A DNA stretch of 32,000 nt from positions 639,274 to 671,273 of the forward strand of contig CAZIYE010000001.1 in NCBI GenBank assembly GCA_964543385.1, given 5' to 3'. A program made the translations under genes and the position numbers. Under the pieces are notes generated by a model. The model was not told where the DNA came from. It searched no databases and worked only from the letters and a program-made list of their open reading frames with translations. This DNA is from an uncultured Candidatus Saccharibacteria bacterium. GTDB lineage: Bacteria > Patescibacteriota > UBA1384 > XYA2-FULL-43-10 > 1-14-0-10-43-13. Of this stretch, positions 1 to 7,379 are shown piece by piece (positions within the stretch are counted from its first letter, which is position 1; the number at the start of each line of letters is the position of its first letter).

Positions 1-1
1 C

Positions 2-1312
2 TTTGCTGACAGAATTTCCTCTTGGTTTGTACCGGTAGTTATTAGTTTGGCAATCATAACTTTAATAGTTTGGTTGCTATTAGGTGCAGGACTTCCTTTT
101 GCTCTGATGGCTTTTACCGCTGTTATTGTGATTGCTTGTCCTTGTGCACTTGGTCTTGCTACTCCGACTGCAATTATGGTCGGAACAGGTAAAGGCGCAG
201 AGCATGGTATTCTAATAAAGGGCGGTGAGCCGCTAGAGGCTGCCGAAAAAATTAAGGCAATAGTTTTTGATAAAACAGGCACTCTAACAAATGGTAAGCC
301 TGAGGTTACTAATATCTTATCTTCCTCTAGTACTGATGAAGACGACATACTCCAAATTTCCGCTTCCTTAGAAAAATCCTCAGAGCATCCTTTGGCTGAA
401 GCTATTTATAGTTATGCCAATGAAGAAGGAATTAAACTTGATGAAGTTACTGATTTCAAGGCAATCCCCGGTCATGGTGTCGAAGGCAAGATAAATGGTA
501 AAAAATATTTCTTTGGAAACCGAAGACTTGCTACAGATGTTGTTGGTCTAGATATTAGTAAGATCAATCGCAAGATGTCAAGAATCGAAGAAGATGGTAA
601 AACTGTAATGATTTTAACCTCTAAAAAAGAAATCCTAGGTTTGATAGGTGTAGCTGATACAGTCAAAGAGACTTCGAAAGAAGCTGTAGAAAAACTCAAA
701 AAGATGGGTATCGATGTTTGGATGATTACCGGTGATAATCAGCGAACTGCTAATGCAATCGCTAAGGAAGTTGGCATTACCAATATTCTTGCTGAAGTGC
801 TTCCTGAGGACAAAGCCAACGAAGTCAAAAAACTTCAGGAAAGTGGCAAAATTGTGGCAATGGTCGGAGATGGTATTAACGACGCCCCTGCTCTGGCTCA
901 AGCCGATCTTGGTATTGCTATGGGCTCTGGTACTGATGTAGCCATAGAAGCCGGTGGCATTGTTATTATTAAGAACGATCTAAGAGATGTGGTAAAAGCG
1001 ATTGAACTTTCCAGAGAAACTATGGGCAAAGTCCGCCAGAATATGTTTTTTGCTCTTTTTTATAATGTGATTAGTATTCCTATTGCCGCCAGAGTTTTTG
1101 TTGACTTGGGTCTTATATTAAAGCCTGAGCTAGCTGGTTTAGCCATGGCAATGAGCTCAATTTCTGTCGTCTCGAACTCGATATTGCTTAGAGGTTTCAG
1201 GCCTCATAAAAAAAACTGGCTCTCCACTATTGCTCCAATAATTATGACTTTCGTATTTACTATATTGTTTCTGTGGTTCGCTCGTCTTAGCTCTGAAATG
1301 TCAGGAAAATAG
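2..1312 (+). CDS. copA: Heavy-metal (copper-type) translocating P1B-type ATPase, C-terminal part; 5' end lies outside the window
   Basis: Frame open from nt 2 (FADRISSWFVPVVISLAIITLIVW), PCALGLATPTA (CPC-type metal motif: ACPCALG), DKTGTLTNG phosphorylation motif, HP motif (SSEHPLAEAI), GDGINDAPAL. ORF track starts at an internal codon (47). Symbol is a family-level guess. Confidence 0.93.
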   Translation, partial: FADRISSWFVPVVISLAIITLIVWLLLGAGLPFALMAFTAVIVIACPCALGLATPTAIMVGTGKGAEHGILIKGGEPLEAAEKIKAIVFDKTGTLTNGKPEVTNILSSSSTDEDDILQISASLEKSSEHPLAEAIYSYANEEGIKLDEVTDFKAIPGHGVEGKINGKKYFFGNRRLATDVVGLDISKINRKMSRIEEDGKTVMILTSKKEILGLIGVADTVKETSKEAVEKLKKMGIDVWMITGDNQRTANAIAKEVGITNILAEVLPEDKANEVKKLQESGKIVAMVGDGINDAPALAQADLGIAMGSGTDVAIEAGGIVIIKNDLRDVVKAIELSRETMGKVRQNMFFALFYNVISIPIAARVFVDLGLILKPELAGLAMAMSSISVVSNSILLRGFRPHKKNWLSTIAPIIMTFVFTILFLWFARLSSEMSGK

Positions 1313-1683
1313 GTAACCAACGCTTTTTTAGAATTGAAAGATTAGCCATGGTGATACCAACTTTTTCCGATAATTCCGTTACGCGCATTTTGCGCATAGC
1401 TAACATGATATCAACATTTATTATTATCGCCATTTTTCTCCTTAAACCGTCAATAGAGTGATTAGAGTTTAAATTTGAACACTAGTCAGTAAATGTATGC
1501 TAAGTATTTGTTATTCATCTCTGAATATGTTATTACAAAGTTAATCGGTTTTAATACTCCTGTCCTGCCCTTGGGGTACAATAAAAGGAATCCGATCTCG
1601 AAAATCAAGGGCCCCAAACTATTCATAATCCCTTATGGGAGGTCGGGTTGAATAGTCTATCAATCTAACATCTTTGGAGAGTT

Positions 1684-1887
1684 ATGGACGACAAAGAATT
1701 CAACAAAGCCTTCGATGAAGCTACAAAGAAGAAAATGCTTGAGGAGCCAGACATCTGGTGGAAACCACGAAGACACAGATGGGATGAATGGGGCTCGCCG
1801 GTAGGATTGTCTCTCGGTTGGACACTATTTATAGTTCCACTTGGCGTTTTCCTTTGGCTACTTCATCTTGCTGGACTCATAGGCTAG
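1684..1887 (+). CDS. Small hypothetical membrane protein (67 aa), one or two hydrophobic segments at C-term
   Basis: ATG ORF followed immediately by a strong hairpin terminator (1892-1927); SD-like ggaga upstream. Confidence 0.6.
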   Translation: MDDKEFNKAFDEATKKKMLEEPDIWWKPRRHRWDEWGSPVGLSLGWTLFIVPLGVFLWLLHLAGLIG

Positions 1888-1891
1888 AAAC

Positions 1892-1927
1892 ATAAAATCG
1901 TCCCGATATATATCGGGACGATTTTAT
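1892..1927. terminator. Bidirectional intrinsic-terminator-like perfect palindrome ATAAAATCGTCCCGATA-TA-TATCGGGACGATTTTAT
   Basis: 17-bp perfect arms with A/T tracts on both sides. Confidence 0.8.
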
Positions 1928-2061
1928 TAGGTAGTGCTCCAGAATTATCAGTTTGACTTTTTTCTTATTATCTGTTATTATCAAATAGAATAATTTTGGG
2001 AAAATAGTCGATTTTCTCGGATAGATTTAATTTGATAACAACATAAACAATCATAAACACT

Positions 2062-2259
2062 ATGACAGGTACAATCAAAAAATTGACAGACAAGGGCTTT
2101 GGCTTTATTACTTCTCCAGAGTTGGGAAAAGATTTATTTTTTCACAAAAACTCTTGTGTAGATAATTTTGACACTTTCGCCGAAGGAAACGAAGTTTCTT
2201 TTGAGTCGGAAGATTCTCCAAAAGGACTAAACGCAGTCAATGTTACATTGGTTAAATAA
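2062..2259 (+). CDS. Cold-shock domain protein (CspA-like)
   Basis: MTGTIKKLTDKGFGFITSPELGKDLFFHKNSC: RNP1 (KGFGFI) and RNP2-like (DLFFHKN) motifs; 65 aa. Confidence 0.9.
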   Translation: MTGTIKKLTDKGFGFITSPELGKDLFFHKNSCVDNFDTFAEGNEVSFESEDSPKGLNAVNVTLVK

Positions 2260-2278
2260 CCGATATCCATTGTCCAAA

Positions 2279-2312
2279 AAAAACTCCTAGCATAAAAACT
2301 AGGAGTTTTTTG
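2279..2312 (+). terminator. Intrinsic terminator after cold-shock gene
   Basis: AAAAAACTCCTAG...CTAGGAGTTTTTT, 13-bp stem. Confidence 0.85.
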
Positions 2313-2403
2313 TATTGGATAAGTAATATTAATTGGCTCTACACAACGGCCGAAGTTCGAGTTATAATTAGTTGAATGCAATGAGATAGACAAAATAGAA
2401 ACT

Positions 2404-3393
2404 ATGAATAAAAAAAATTTTAGCAAGGGAGTAGAAGGACTTGTCGATCCAATAACTGTTGGGTCGCTTCATTTTATCCAACCGTTTAATCAGTTGTTGC
2501 CAAAGAAAATTCAGAAAAAAGTTGTTCAATCATCATCAAAAAAGACCTCCTATATGGGATTTGTAGTCGAACCATATAGCTTTTTTCTGTTTTACGAAAT
2601 TTCTGATTTAGAAAAAGCCACAAATTTATTGCCTGATGGTTTCAAAATGATAAAAACAAAAGTATTTGAGGAAGATGAGCCTAAATATTATTGCGTTTTT
2701 GGCTGTTTTCGGGCTCATACCAGTGCATTTTGGGGTGTGAGAGCAGAATTTTACATTATTGCAGAAGATAAGCAAACTGGATTACTGAGCTGGATAATAG
2801 TTGACTATGATACTAATACTATTAGTTATGACAGCGGGAATGGATTGCGCTCGCCCAATAGCAGCCGTGCCGTTGTAACAATTAATCATCGCGGAATGCT
2901 TTTTGTTGATATTAAAAGAGACGACGATAACAGAGAGCTGGTTTGCGACGCAAATATCGAAAAAGGTGAGATGACGAAGCTTGACCAAAGGTTGTGGCTG
3001 GAGGGAAATCTCTCGATTGGATATGGTCGTGTTTTGTCAGAAAATGATGCCGATATTTTTTCTCTTAAGTTTGAGCCACTTGAGGTTGAGAAAGCGTTGA
3101 AAATCCCAACTGATAGTTTGGAGATCGAATCGAATACTTGGTATCCTGGATTATTTAAATCATTACCCTCGCAGATAGTTTGCTTTCCTTATGCACAGCA
3201 TTTCGTTTCTGATAGTCCGGGGCATTCCAGTAATCTTAAAAACAGAGACGAACTAATCGCAGCTGAGGAGAATATAGATTTCTCTAAGTTAGAAGTTTTC
3301 TCTACCAAGTCATTCAAGGTAATGTTTATAGTCGGATCGATAGTATCTTTTCTTGTCACCATGACTTTTTTCCTTCTCTGGTTGCTCAAATAA
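2404..3393 (+). CDS. Hypothetical protein with C-terminal TM helix; central region tentatively acetoacetate-decarboxylase-like fold
   Basis: 329 aa ORF; 'LLPDGFKMIKTKVFEEDEPKYYCVFGCFRAHTSAFWGVRAEFYIIA' pattern; C-terminal hydrophobic FIVGSIVSFLVTMTFFLLWLL. Family guess is weak; ORF itself is strong. Confidence 0.7.
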   Translation: MNKKNFSKGVEGLVDPITVGSLHFIQPFNQLLPKKIQKKVVQSSSKKTSYMGFVVEPYSFFLFYEISDLEKATNLLPDGFKMIKTKVFEEDEPKYYCVFGCFRAHTSAFWGVRAEFYIIAEDKQTGLLSWIIVDYDTNTISYDSGNGLRSPNSSRAVVTINHRGMLFVDIKRDDDNRELVCDANIEKGEMTKLDQRLWLEGNLSIGYGRVLSENDADIFSLKFEPLEVEKALKIPTDSLEIESNTWYPGLFKSLPSQIVCFPYAQHFVSDSPGHSSNLKNRDELIAAEENIDFSKLEVFSTKSFKVMFIVGSIVSFLVTMTFFLLWLLK

Positions 3394-3622
3394 TTTGGCC
3401 AGTGTTTGGACCAAAAAAGGCCATCTGGGGATCAGTATTTTTATGTCTCTACACCGTGTTAGAAGTTGGAACTAGTTCTCAGCTGGCAATCGAATGAATA
3501 TCAACTAAAAGGCTTAAAAGTGAGAATAATAGTATTAAATATCAGCAAAATCTCAGTCTGTTTTTTTTGCATATTCGTGTTAGCATGTTGTTATGATATT
3601 AGGAAATTAAAAGGAGTCGAAA

Positions 3623-4546
3623 ATGGAATTGACAAGTTCAACTATTGAACCAAAAAAGAACTCAGGTCTCATCAAAATGATCATTCTTATCGCAGCCGGA
3701 GTTTTGGTCTTGGGGAGTGTTTCATCCGTCGGTGCAGCGTATTATCAGTCTAATAAATTGATAAAAGAAGGGGATTCATTTAAAAATAATGGTGAATATT
3801 CTGCGGCCGCATCCAAATATGATCAAGCCATCAAAAAATGGAAAATGAATGAGTCTAAGGTCTCCACAAAAGTTGATGAGACAAAAACATTAATAAGCGA
3901 ACAGGAAAAATATGACTTGGGTGAGATTGCATACCAAAGACAAGATTGGCAAAATTGTAGCGATGAACTAAAGAAAGTATCCCCAGTTCACAAGAATTAT
4001 AGTTCAGCTCTTTCTCACTCGCAAATCTGTCAGCAAAAGATGCAAGAAGAAGTCGATTTAGCTGCTAAAACCAAAGCAGATTTGGATGCTAAAACTGCCA
4101 CCGACGCACAAATTGCTGCTGATGCTAAAGCCAAAGCTGATACTGCAGCCGCTAAAAAAGTCGCTGAAGCGAAAGCCAAGGCTGCTGAAGACGCCATAAT
4201 TCCAACTCCGATCGATATTGTCATCACGGCGCTCGACAGTGACAATAATAATAAGGTTATGGGCATTTACGAAGCACCAGCTGGTACCCCTGGTGCTGTC
4301 TATAATGGATATTACGAATTTGGTATCCCATTAAATAAATTTAAACTTACATACCCTTCTGTTTCTGGAGCGGTATCAGCCAGAGGTATTTTAGAAGAAG
4401 GTGCATCCACAATCACTGATTTGGGTGATCTAAATTTGCAATTTAACGATGCTAAAATCGGTCTTAATGTTATCAGAGTTGAGGTTTTAAATTCAAAAGG
4501 CCAAATTATTGCTACTGGTAAAACAAGAATTGTTCGATATCCATAA
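3623..4546 (+). CDS. Membrane-anchored exoprotein: N-terminal TM, TPR-like region, Ala/Lys-rich coiled coil, C-terminal beta-rich domain
   Basis: SD aaaaggag upstream of ATG; TM 'MIILIAAGVLVLGSVSSVGAAYY'; 'GEYSAAASKYDQAIKKWK' TPR-like; AKTKADLDAKTATDAQIAADAKAKADTAAAKK low-complexity helix. Confidence 0.75.
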   Translation: MELTSSTIEPKKNSGLIKMIILIAAGVLVLGSVSSVGAAYYQSNKLIKEGDSFKNNGEYSAAASKYDQAIKKWKMNESKVSTKVDETKTLISEQEKYDLGEIAYQRQDWQNCSDELKKVSPVHKNYSSALSHSQICQQKMQEEVDLAAKTKADLDAKTATDAQIAADAKAKADTAAAKKVAEAKAKAAEDAIIPTPIDIVITALDSDNNNKVMGIYEAPAGTPGAVYNGYYEFGIPLNKFKLTYPSVSGAVSARGILEEGASTITDLGDLNLQFNDAKIGLNVIRVEVLNSKGQIIATGKTRIVRYP

Positions 4547-4699
4547 GCGACTCATTGACGAATCACTTATCGGTATAATTGCTTTTTGTAATCTTATACC
4601 TGAAATTTTGATATAGCATTTTAAAATATTTCGCATACAGTTAGTTGCAGAAAACCCTAATTAATATATGTTCAAGTCCGTTGATCCATACAAAAAATA

Positions 4700-4726
4700 A
4701 AATAACTAGTCCTAGACTAGTTATTT
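4700..4726. repeat. Copy A of 27-nt palindrome AAATAACTAGTC-CTA-GACTAGTTATTT
   Basis: Perfect 12-bp arms; also present at 5804-5830 and 6347-6373; lies downstream of the minus-strand gene 4824-5702 so may act as terminator. Confidence 0.85.
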
Positions 4727-4823
4727 CTATGGATCTGTGTAGTTGCAGAAGTTCGAGCTATTTCTTGAGTATCGCAACTTTACCATATCTCAAATTGTGA
4801 GTTCCTGACAGGACCACTTCCAA

Positions 4824-5702
4824 TCACACATGAGGTGTTTCTTTTATCTCTGAATAAGACAATGTCTCTGGCCAAATCATATTTCCGTCCAAATCATAGA
4901 CAGGTAGGCATTTTTCTGGACTTACTGTCGCTAAATGTTTCATGGTGTCAATTACTTCATTAACAGTTAAATCACTGCGAACATCTACGACAATACCCTT
5001 AAATTTCCCTTGACTAATCCTGAACGGAGTCGAAAAACCCGTTCCTTGATCTGTTTGATGATTGGAGTTGCTTTGCGGATCGAATCCGTTTTTGAGCTTC
5101 TGAAAATAATATGATGATTTCCCTCTGTCTGACTCTGAAGAAAAAGTGTTCATTACTTTAAAATCTGGCCTGCCAACTTCTTTAATACCGCTTAATGTTC
5201 CTGGCGGCAACTCCCTGTGTTTGCTTATATCCAAAATTAGAGTGGCAGTATAATTTGCCATGTGTGTCTGTTTTATTTGCAAAGGCCCTTTTATGCCAGA
5301 TATTCTTCCAACAATATTAAACCAAACTCGGTTTCCGGGGATATCCCATTCTCTGGCACTTTTAGCCCAACCTGTAGCAAGGGCTTCTCTTCTTAATTCA
5401 AACGATGGATTGTTCTTCATTCTTTCTGGGGTACCCTTATTGCCCAATAGACCCATGTTTAAAATTTCCTGAAGCCTATCTCTTTCGACACCGTTACGAA
5501 TTGAAGTAAAAGCAGTCCCGTACTCATCTATATCGCATAGTTTTGACATAATCAAATCTTTGACTTCAGGACTCAGATTCAATTCTGGATTGACGGCATT
5601 ATCCTCTTGGTTAGACTCGGTAGATAGTTTTGAAGCCTCCATGCGTTGCATTTCAGCCAAGGCTTCTGGCGGCAAATAACTTAATTCTTCATCCATTTGC
5701 AT
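4824..5702 (-). CDS. Hypothetical protein (292 aa)
   Basis: Long ORF with ordinary composition and start near 5702; no recognised family. Confidence 0.7.
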   Translation of the reverse strand: MQMDEELSYLPPEALAEMQRMEASKLSTESNQEDNAVNPELNLSPEVKDLIMSKLCDIDEYGTAFTSIRNGVERDRLQEILNMGLLGNKGTPERMKNNPSFELRREALATGWAKSAREWDIPGNRVWFNIVGRISGIKGPLQIKQTHMANYTATLILDISKHRELPPGTLSGIKEVGRPDFKVMNTFSSESDRGKSSYYFQKLKNGFDPQSNSNHQTDQGTGFSTPFRISQGKFKGIVVDVRSDLTVNEVIDTMKHLATVSPEKCLPVYDLDGNMIWPETLSYSEIKETPHV

Positions 5703-5803
5703 ACCTAATTTATTTACAAATTTGTATTATCTTATTCAAAGAATTCTGGCCAAATATTACCACAATTACACAGTCAGTTCGAGTCCAAAGTGGAGGAAAC
5801 AAA

Positions 5804-5830
5804 AAATAACTAGTCCTAGACTAGTTATTT
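5804..5830. repeat. Copy B of the CTAG palindrome (AAATAACTAGTC-CTA-GACTAGTTATTT), identical to copy A
   Basis: Perfect 12-bp arms, downstream of minus-strand NUDIX gene. Confidence 0.85.
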
Positions 5831-5861
5831 TCATGGCTCTGCACAGTGAACGAAGTTCGAG

Positions 5862-6272
5862 CTATTGTAGCTTGATTTTTCTATCCAATACCATTTCAAA
5901 GAAAGTTTTGGTGGCTGTTTTCAATGGGAGATCCATTATTTCTTTTAGTGAGAACCAACCGAATGATGATGCTTCGTTCTTATCTAAAACAACTTTTTCA
6001 TCTTTAATTAACTCTGCTTGCCAAAATGAGAGACTTTTTACTTTATAGTCTGCAGGAAGGGTGATTAGTTTGTTCAAAGATTTTACTCTTAGTCGTGTCT
6101 CTTCAAAGACTTCTCTTTCAACTGATTCTGTTTCATCTTTGTCTAGTGAATTTATCCTTCCGTGGGGAGGAGACCACAATCCAGTCGATGGCTTTCGATT
6201 ATCCTCTAAAAGCAATATTTTGTTGTCAGGGTTCTTGATGATTACTACAACTCCATGTTCTGTTGAATCCAT
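5862..6272 (-). CDS. NUDIX hydrolase
   Basis: NUDIX box GRINSLDKDETESVEREVFEETRLRV (GX5EX7REXXEE-type), 136 aa. Confidence 0.9.
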   Translation of the reverse strand: MDSTEHGVVVIIKNPDNKILLLEDNRKPSTGLWSPPHGRINSLDKDETESVEREVFEETRLRVKSLNKLITLPADYKVKSLSFWQAELIKDEKVVLDKNEASSFGWFSLKEIMDLPLKTATKTFFEMVLDRKIKLQ

Positions 6273-6346
6273 TATCTCCTTTACATTAATAAATTAATCT
6301 TATCAATTTAGGGCGACCAGTTCGAGTCCAGTCTGATTTATACAAA

Positions 6347-6373
6347 AAATAACTAGTCTAGGACTAATTATTT
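6347..6373. repeat. Copy C of the CTAG palindrome (AAATAACTAGTC-TAG-GACTAATTATTT), downstream of tRNA-Asn
   Basis: Same palindrome with one G.T pair. Confidence 0.8.
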
Positions 6374-6377
6374 TTAT

Positions 6378-6452
6378 TGGCTCCCTGAGCTGGACTCGAA
6401 CCAGCAACATCTTCGTTAACAGCGAAGCGCTCTGCCATTGAGCTATCAGGGA
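6378..6452 (-). tRNA. tRNA-Asn (anticodon GTT), CCA encoded
   Basis: TCCCTGA-TA-GCTC...GAGC-G-CTTCG-CTGTTAA-CGAAG-ATGTT-GCTGG-TTCGAGT-CCAGC-TCAGGGA-G-CCA folds to a full 75-nt cloverleaf. Confidence 0.96.
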
Positions 6453-6460
6453 ATAAATTG

Positions 6461-6709
6461 TTATTTTTCAAACAATGTTTTGATAAAATTTCTGCCAGCG
6501 TGGGATTTTAAATATTTTTCTCTTCCCAACGCTTCTTTTCTATTATCAAATCTTTCAGTATAAAAAATTTTCCATGGCTTGTATTTTCTGCTGAAATGAT
6601 TCGATCCAGAATTGTGTTCAAGTAATCTTTTTTCAAGGTTATCAGTTACTCCAGTATAAGTCTTTGGCGATTTTTCACTGATTAGAATATAGATATAACT
6701 ATCTGCCAT
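6461..6709 (-). CDS. GIY-YIG domain nuclease (small, UPF0213/YhbQ-like)
   Basis: MADSYIYILISEKSPKTYTGVTDNLEKRLLEHNSG...FSRKYKPWKIFYTERF...ALGREKYLKS; GIY...YTG..N...R..eHn motif. Confidence 0.92.
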   Translation of the reverse strand: MADSYIYILISEKSPKTYTGVTDNLEKRLLEHNSGSNHFSRKYKPWKIFYTERFDNRKEALGREKYLKSHAGRNFIKTLFEK

Positions 6710-6769
6710 TGCCCGTCCTTGCTGATTAATCAGCCAAGGCCGAGGTCTCGGCTCGCTTCGCGAGTCGGA

Positions 6770-6781
6770 AGCTATCAGGGA
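6770..6781. repeat. 12-nt duplicate of the tRNA-Asn 5' end (AGCTATCAGGGA; cf. 6441-6452) on the other side of the GIY-YIG gene
   Basis: Exact 12-mer match, both followed by A/T-rich ...ATTTTTC. Confidence 0.6.
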
Positions 6782-6843
6782 AAATGTATTTTTCTAATAG
6801 CAATTCTAGCAAAAAAAATGACTTCTGTAAATAAACCTATCTA

Positions 6844-6939
6844 CTAGGATGAATAAGCTAGGAGTATGGCAGATATAAACATGTCATACCAGTTGACTCT
6901 TTTGCGGTCAGAGAGATGGTTTGCCTCAAAAGCATTCAT
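6844..6939 (-). CDS. Candidate 31-aa small protein MNAFEANHLSDRKRVNWYDMFISAILLAYSS (below ORF-track cutoff)
   Basis: ATG preceded by GAAAGGAG SD with 5-nt spacing; upstream TTGACA-N16-TAAAAT on the minus strand; ends TAG at 6844-6846. Confidence 0.5.
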   Translation of the reverse strand: MNAFEANHLSDRKRVNWYDMFISAILLAYSS

Positions 6940-7031
6940 CTTACTCCTTTCTTCGGTAATGACTTTGGAGACCTATTTTACCTCTTGGTCAATAGATGTC
7001 AAGAAAAATATATAGATATTACATCTCTCTA

Positions 7032-7080
7032 TTGACATACAATCCATCTAGGATTATAGTTCAAATGTTATTGAACTATA
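7032..7080 (+). promoter_or_regulatory. sigma70-type promoter TTGACA (7032-7037) N17 TATAGT (7055-7060) overlapping ArsR-type operator TATAGTTCAA-atgtta-TTGAACTATA (7055-7080)
   Basis: Near-consensus -35/-10 with ideal spacing; perfect 10-bp inverted repeat starting at the -10; sits directly upstream of an ArsR gene. Confidence 0.85.
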
Positions 7081-7098
7081 AATATTATAGTAGATATT

Positions 7099-7371
7099 AT
7101 GAATAATAAAATAGAAGAATTATCTTTTTTGATAAACGAAAACAAGCTAAGAGTTATCTCGGCAATCTACAAATGTACTAAGGATGTCTGCGCTTGCAAT
7201 TTAGTTGATAATCTTGGCATGCCTAAGAACCTTCTTTCGTATCACATAAAAACTTTGAGAGAAGCAGGATTTATAGAAGAGGTTAAATGTGGTCGTTTTA
7301 AAAATTATTGCATATCGAAAAATAAAATTAATAGAATCAAACAAATCTTAGAATTAGTTGAAATGTTATAA
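7099..7371 (+). CDS. ArsR/SmtB-family metal-responsive regulator
   Basis: Winged HTH 'LLSYHIKTLREAGFIEEVKCGRFKNYCIS' and CxC in 'DVCACNLV' (ELCVCDL-like alpha3N site). Confidence 0.9.
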   Translation: MNNKIEELSFLINENKLRVISAIYKCTKDVCACNLVDNLGMPKNLLSYHIKTLREAGFIEEVKCGRFKNYCISKNKINRIKQILELVEML

Positions 7372-7379
7372 GGAGGTCA

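Noticed and set aside
1313-1683. 370-nt gap after the ATPase with small inverted repeats (CCCTTG...CAAGGG)
   Set aside because: Arms are only 6 bp and no ORF or RNA family is recognisable; not enough to call a feature.
3466-3648. 60-aa plus ORF before 3623
   Set aside because: Overlaps the SD and start of the well supported 3623-4546 gene; weak coding character.
4030-4266. 78-aa minus ORF made of Ala/Leu/Ser repeats
   Set aside because: Shadow of the Ala/Lys coiled-coil region of the plus-strand gene.
4670-6400. Possible CRISPR-like or transposon arrangement from the three palindromes
   Set aside because: Copies are kilobase-spaced with genes between, with no uniform spacers, no cas genes and no transposase; kept only as a repeat family.
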